DNA from: Chrysomallon squamiferum
Taxonomy: Eukaryota > Animalia > Mollusca
Length of the DNA stretch: 64,000 nt
Direction of reading: 5' to 3'
Assembly: GCA_012295275.1 (NCBI GenBank)
Contig: CM022670.1
Span: 28,086,001-28,150,000, forward strand
Shown here: piece after piece, positions 59,252 to 64,000 of the stretch
Layout of the letters: the number at the start of each line of letters is the position of its first letter
Position numbering within the stretch: position 1 is the stretch's first letter
Translations under genes and position numbers: made by a program
The notes under the pieces: generated by a model
The model's database searches: none
What the model was told of the DNA's origin: nothing
What the model saw: only the letters and a program-made list of their open reading frames with translations

Positions 59252-59720
59252 AATCAGTGGTATTATCAGTGGAACAATCAGTATGTGCAATCAGTGGTAT
59301 TATCAGTGAAACAATCAGTATGTGCAATCAGTGGTATTATCAGTGAAACAATCAGTATGTGCAATCAGTGGTATTATCAGTGAAACAATCAGTATGTGCA
59401 ATCAGTGGTATTATCAGTGGTATTATCAATGGAACAATCAATCAGTATATGCAATCAATCAGTGGGTAACAATCAGCAATCATTTGCAATCAGTGGTATT
59501 ATCATTATAACAATGAATAGGTATAACAGCTAATCTTTCCAGTAAAATCACTGGGTTAATCAGTACAAAAATCAATACAATCAGTGGGTAAACAATTTGT
59601 CAATATATTATCTGACAATTAAATCAATCAGTGGGTACAATCAATTTATTATCAGTGAAACAATCAAAATCAGTGGTATTATCAGTGGTATTATCAATGG
59701 AACAATCAGTATATGAATCA
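59252..59720. repeat. 37-bp minisatellite, degenerating rightwards
   Basis: (aatcagtggtattatcagtgaaacaatcagtatgtgc)n. Confidence 0.85.
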
Positions 59721-59829
59721 ATGGGTAAAATTTACATTATACATGAATAGGTATCAATCTATCTTTCCAGTAAAATCACTGGGTAATATCAGTACAAAAA
59801 CAATACAATCAATGGGTACTTTCAATATA

Positions 59830-60325
59830 CTGACAAAAATCAGTGGGTACTATCAATTTACTGACAATAAAATCAGTGGGTGCTATCAACTTACTGACAG
59901 TAAAATCAGTGGGTACTATCAATTTACTGACAATAAAATCACTGGGTACTATCAATTTACTGACAATAAAATCACTGGGTACTATCAATAAACTGACAAT
60001 ACAATCACTGGGTACTATCAGTTTACTGACAATACAATCACTGGGTACTATCAATTTACTGACAATAAAATCACTGGGTACTATCAATTTACTGACAATA
60101 CAATCACTGGGTACTATCAATAAACTGACAATACAATCACTGGGTACTATCAATAAACTGACAATACAATCACTGGGTACTATCAATAAACTGACAATAC
60201 AATCACTGGGTACTATCAGTTTACTGACAATACAATCACTGGGTACTATCAGTTTACTGACAATACAATCACTGGGTACTATCAATTTACTGACAATACA
60301 ATCACTGGGTACTATCAATTTACTG
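59830..60325. repeat. 33-bp minisatellite
   Basis: (actgacaatacaatcactgggtactatcaattt), about 15 copies. Confidence 0.92.
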
Positions 60326-62424
60326 AAAAGTGTGAGTACAGAACATGTCCATTCCATGAGGTATTTTCTTCAATTAGCAGCAATAAATGTGAATCACAAT
60401 ATTTTTCATTTCTTTTAATTTTTAAAACAGTAAAAATGCAAATATCCAACCACATTAAAAACCAACAGTATCTTTATAAAACTGATTATCCTCAATTAAC
60501 TGGATTTTTTACTTCAGGAAAATGTAATGATTTCAAACATGTCATATATGTAAAAATATCTCCAGTTCAGTCCATTCACATCAATCATATCCAGAAAAGA
60601 AAAAAAAACAAAAAAACATTTTAATTTTTTAATTTTTTTTATTATTGTTTGTTTTATTTATCATATTTTATAACTGGATAGAAATGCTTCCTAACTGAAG
60701 TTTAGTTTGAGATATCAAGTGCATTTCAGATCTGAATTAAATCATTTTTTTTTTTTTTCAGTTTTGCTATCAAGGTTGTAAAGTGGAATTTGGCAACACA
60801 TGTTGCCCATAAAGTGTAAAAGAAGGAAATGTGTTTTTATTTAGCAGTTTATTTCAAACAGTTTTATTTCACTTGTCCATCATCACAGCTACAAACCAAA
60901 CAGATAACAAAAGAGAAAACCTTCAGCTGCATGATGTGCTTATTCTTATTTTTATTATTCTTATTGTTGTTGCTGCTGCTGTTATTGTTGTTATTATTAT
61001 TACTGTTGCTACTATAGTATTATTATTATTATCACTATTATTATTATGATTATTATTATTATTATAATTAGTTGTTGTTATTGTTGTTGTTATCACAATT
61101 ATTATTATTATTGTTGTTGTTGTTGTTGTTATTACTGTATGTTAATGTCATTGTTGTTTTCATGTATGACTTCATCCAATCAGAATGCAAATTATTCAAA
61201 GACAAATGTTCGTGCATGAAGATAATGAACACTGTGCTGAACCCACTTTCCATACGCTGTCAAGTACTGCATTATGAATAGCATGCTATCTAGTCATCTT
61301 TCTGCTTCTTGGCTGTGAATTGGTGTATTTATTATTACTCTTATTATTATTATTTTTTATCTATATATATTTTTATTTTATTTTATTATTTTTTATTTTT
61401 GCCTGGTGGTTGTGTTTTTTGTTTTGTTTGTGGAGGAAGTGTATTTTTTTGTTTTTTAAATCAATACACAATCATTTAGGTTTATGGTTGTGAATTGTAC
61501 GTGTATGTATGCACGTATGCTTGTGTTTAGTTGTGTATTTGTATTCATGTGTTATCTGTATGTACATATATATGTATTTATGGTTGTGAATTGTATGTGT
61601 ATGTATGCACATATACACATGTTGATGTGTGCATGTATGTATTTGTTTTCATGTATGCTTACATGTTTTTGCATTTGTGTGTGTTTTTGTCATATATGTG
61701 TATGTACATACATATGTATTTGTGTGTCTGCCTGTGTTTGTTTAAACCTGAGAAATCTATATCAGTTTTTAAAGAAAGAAGTAATCACAAAATGAAAACA
61801 TCAAAAATATATTTTTTTTTAATAACAAAGAAATATATCCAAAGCTCTCACAAAAAGAATTTTAAAAACCCCACAAAACAATAACAACTGAACTAAACCT
61901 TTTACAACAACAAAGTAAACAACCATTTCCAGTTTATTCAACACAGAAGTCAATAACTCTGAAATTACATAATTCTGTAATAGCCTGTGTAATATGTAAA
62001 TATTTGGTTACTTCATCTGTACTAACCATGAACTCAAGACAATTAACAGTGAATTCAGAAAAAAAGGTCATTTCATTATTAAAACCAAACAAACAAGTAA
62101 CAAGATAAAATGTCTACTTGGATGTTATTACAAGCTTTCAACATGATGATGTTCTTAAAGATTCAAAATGGAAACCACAGTTCAAAGAGTTAATTGATTT
62201 TTCGGTTGTTGTTTTTTTCTTTTGTTCAGTTGAAGTAAAATGTATTTTTAGTATCTATACTTGCAGTTATTATATGTTGTAATAATTTTTGTTTTCAGTC
62301 AAGATTTATCTATATTATATACAGGAGAAAAGGAATATTTTATCTCATCAGTGTAAATGACTCATTGACTGACTGATAAATTAATAAAAGGAAAGAAAAG
62401 CTACAATTGTCTTTAAGGATTTTT

Positions 62425-62427
<3 letters not shown>

Positions 62428-62464
<37 letters not shown>
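62428..62464. repeat. (CA)n microsatellite
   Basis: Direct inspection. Confidence 0.95.
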
Positions 62465-62466
<2 letters not shown>

Positions 62467-64000
62467 TATTTATGCTACTAATTTGTTTTTTAATTTTGTT
62501 CTGTTTATTTATATTCCCTTACTTATATTGGCATGCTGTTAAAACAGCTCCTGATGCAAATGAAACACACCTTTTTTTAAACTGACCATATCCCTCAAAT
62601 TTTGAGTGTTCTATTGTAGAACCAAAAACATGATGAATCATCAGAAATGACTAAGTAATATGAGAAATCAACAATTCTGTTTCCAGAAGAATAACCAACT
62701 TTATCTTTTTTACTTTCATACAGATCTAAAATGGGGACATGCATGCTTGCACATACACACACTCTCAATAATTTTAATGTATGTGTGTATGTGGGTGTGA
62801 GTGTGGGTATGTTTGCCTATATATGTATGTGTGTGTCTATATATGTGTGTATATATATATATATAATCTATATACATTTTTAAAAATGTCATTAACCTGA
62901 ATAACACAATTTTTAATATATATTTTAATAAAGAATGAAACATATATCACATATTTCATACTGTCACATCCATTTACAACTTGCATAATAAAAACATTTA
63001 AAATTTGTTTTGATGTTATTATGTTTCTTTGAAGAATTTCAAGACAAAATGAATACTTACATAAAAGGAAAAATTCCATTTCAACTTCAGTCCTAACATT
63101 CACTTATCTATTTTATTTTTTAAATCATGTAAAATATCTGATAACAAATTTCATAATATCTATAAAAAAACACAAATTTAAAAAATTATGATTAAATAAA
63201 TCCATGCAGAAGTAAACAAGACACAAATTCTTTTGTAAAAATAATAATAAAAAAAGAATTATTATTTATGAAGCCAAAAATATCCAGTGAACTTTGAAAG
63301 ATGTGAATGGGCAATTGACTGCAAACTGCACACACACAGCTCCACTCTGTGCAAGCAGTGAAAGGTAACAACAAGAATCACTCCCCATGACACATGCAAA
63401 CCATGACCGAAACCAATGAGGTTAACACAAGCAGAAAAAAGAGAAAAAAAATCTTCCAATAATAAGCTTATCTTTATTTATTTTTGTATTCTTTCTCTGT
63501 GTTATTGTCAAAGACTGAACAAAAGCTGAGAGTGGAATACACGACAAACACTGTCACAAGAATCAGGTCGCTCTTTTAGCACTGACCCTGTTATTATTAT
63601 TTGATCATGCCACTTTCATGCTTCGAAGGTTTTCTAAGCCGTGGATAGAAATGTAGAGATATAACGACATGGTTTGTACCTGTTACTTTTAGAATACAGT
63701 CAACATGTCAGTTTGAACATTTAACTCTACTCCATTGCTTTACTGTTATTACCACCACATTGTCAGGGAAGGGAATTCATCGTTTTTCACTAAAAAGTAT
63801 CATGTTCTTTTCTATCTAAAGTAACAGTGTTTTTTACTGAGTAAAAATAATATTGCCTATAGAAAAATAAATAAATAAATAGAAGTAAATGAATAAATAT
63901 GCAAATAAATAAATATAACTGTGTAAGTGAGTAAATATATAAATAAACATAAAAAAATAAAAATAATAATAATGATAATAAATATAAATAAGTAAAAGCA

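Noticed and set aside
59809-60418. 182-aa and 191-aa repeat ORFs on both strands; also superficially CRISPR-like
   Set aside because: The 33-bp unit is a multiple of 3, so open frames are expected. There are no unique spacers or cas genes, and the DNA is eukaryotic.
63061-63099. Candidate PDE7 first coding exon MLGLKLKWNFSFY with donor |gtaagt
   Set aside because: It ends in phase 0 but the next identified exon (54772) needs phase 1, and the other frame creates T|GA. It could be a UTR exon but is unsupported. The exon expected to carry the RRGAIS-like motif was not found in the window.

Overview
AT-rich, intron- and microsatellite-rich animal genomic DNA. It is probably molluscan (gastropod-like), an inference from the SINE family and sequence style. 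Most ORFs in the supplied track are repeat artefacts, so I rebuilt the real genes by hand from splice sites and reading-frame phase. In order: (1) a probable C-terminal tail of an upstream + strand gene (3-98); (2) an unrecognised three-exon gene for a 121-aa secreted protein (2430-3748, +); (3) ARMC1 (8083-4743, -, 8 coding exons, 279 aa); (4) an MTFR1/MTFR2-family mitochondrial fission regulator (10039-13771, +, 8 coding exons, 380 aa), head-to-head with ARMC1; (5) a PDE7-family cAMP phosphodiesterase (54772-20097, -, 12 exons found, 5' end not located) with a 22.8-kb intron, a roughly 310-aa C-terminal extension and an apparent +1 frameshift in one catalytic exon. The ARMC1(-)/MTFR(+)/PDE7(-) order and orientation match the human ARMC1-MTFR1-PDE7A block, which suggests ancient microsynteny. 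Human comparisons are from my memory of those proteins, not from a database search.
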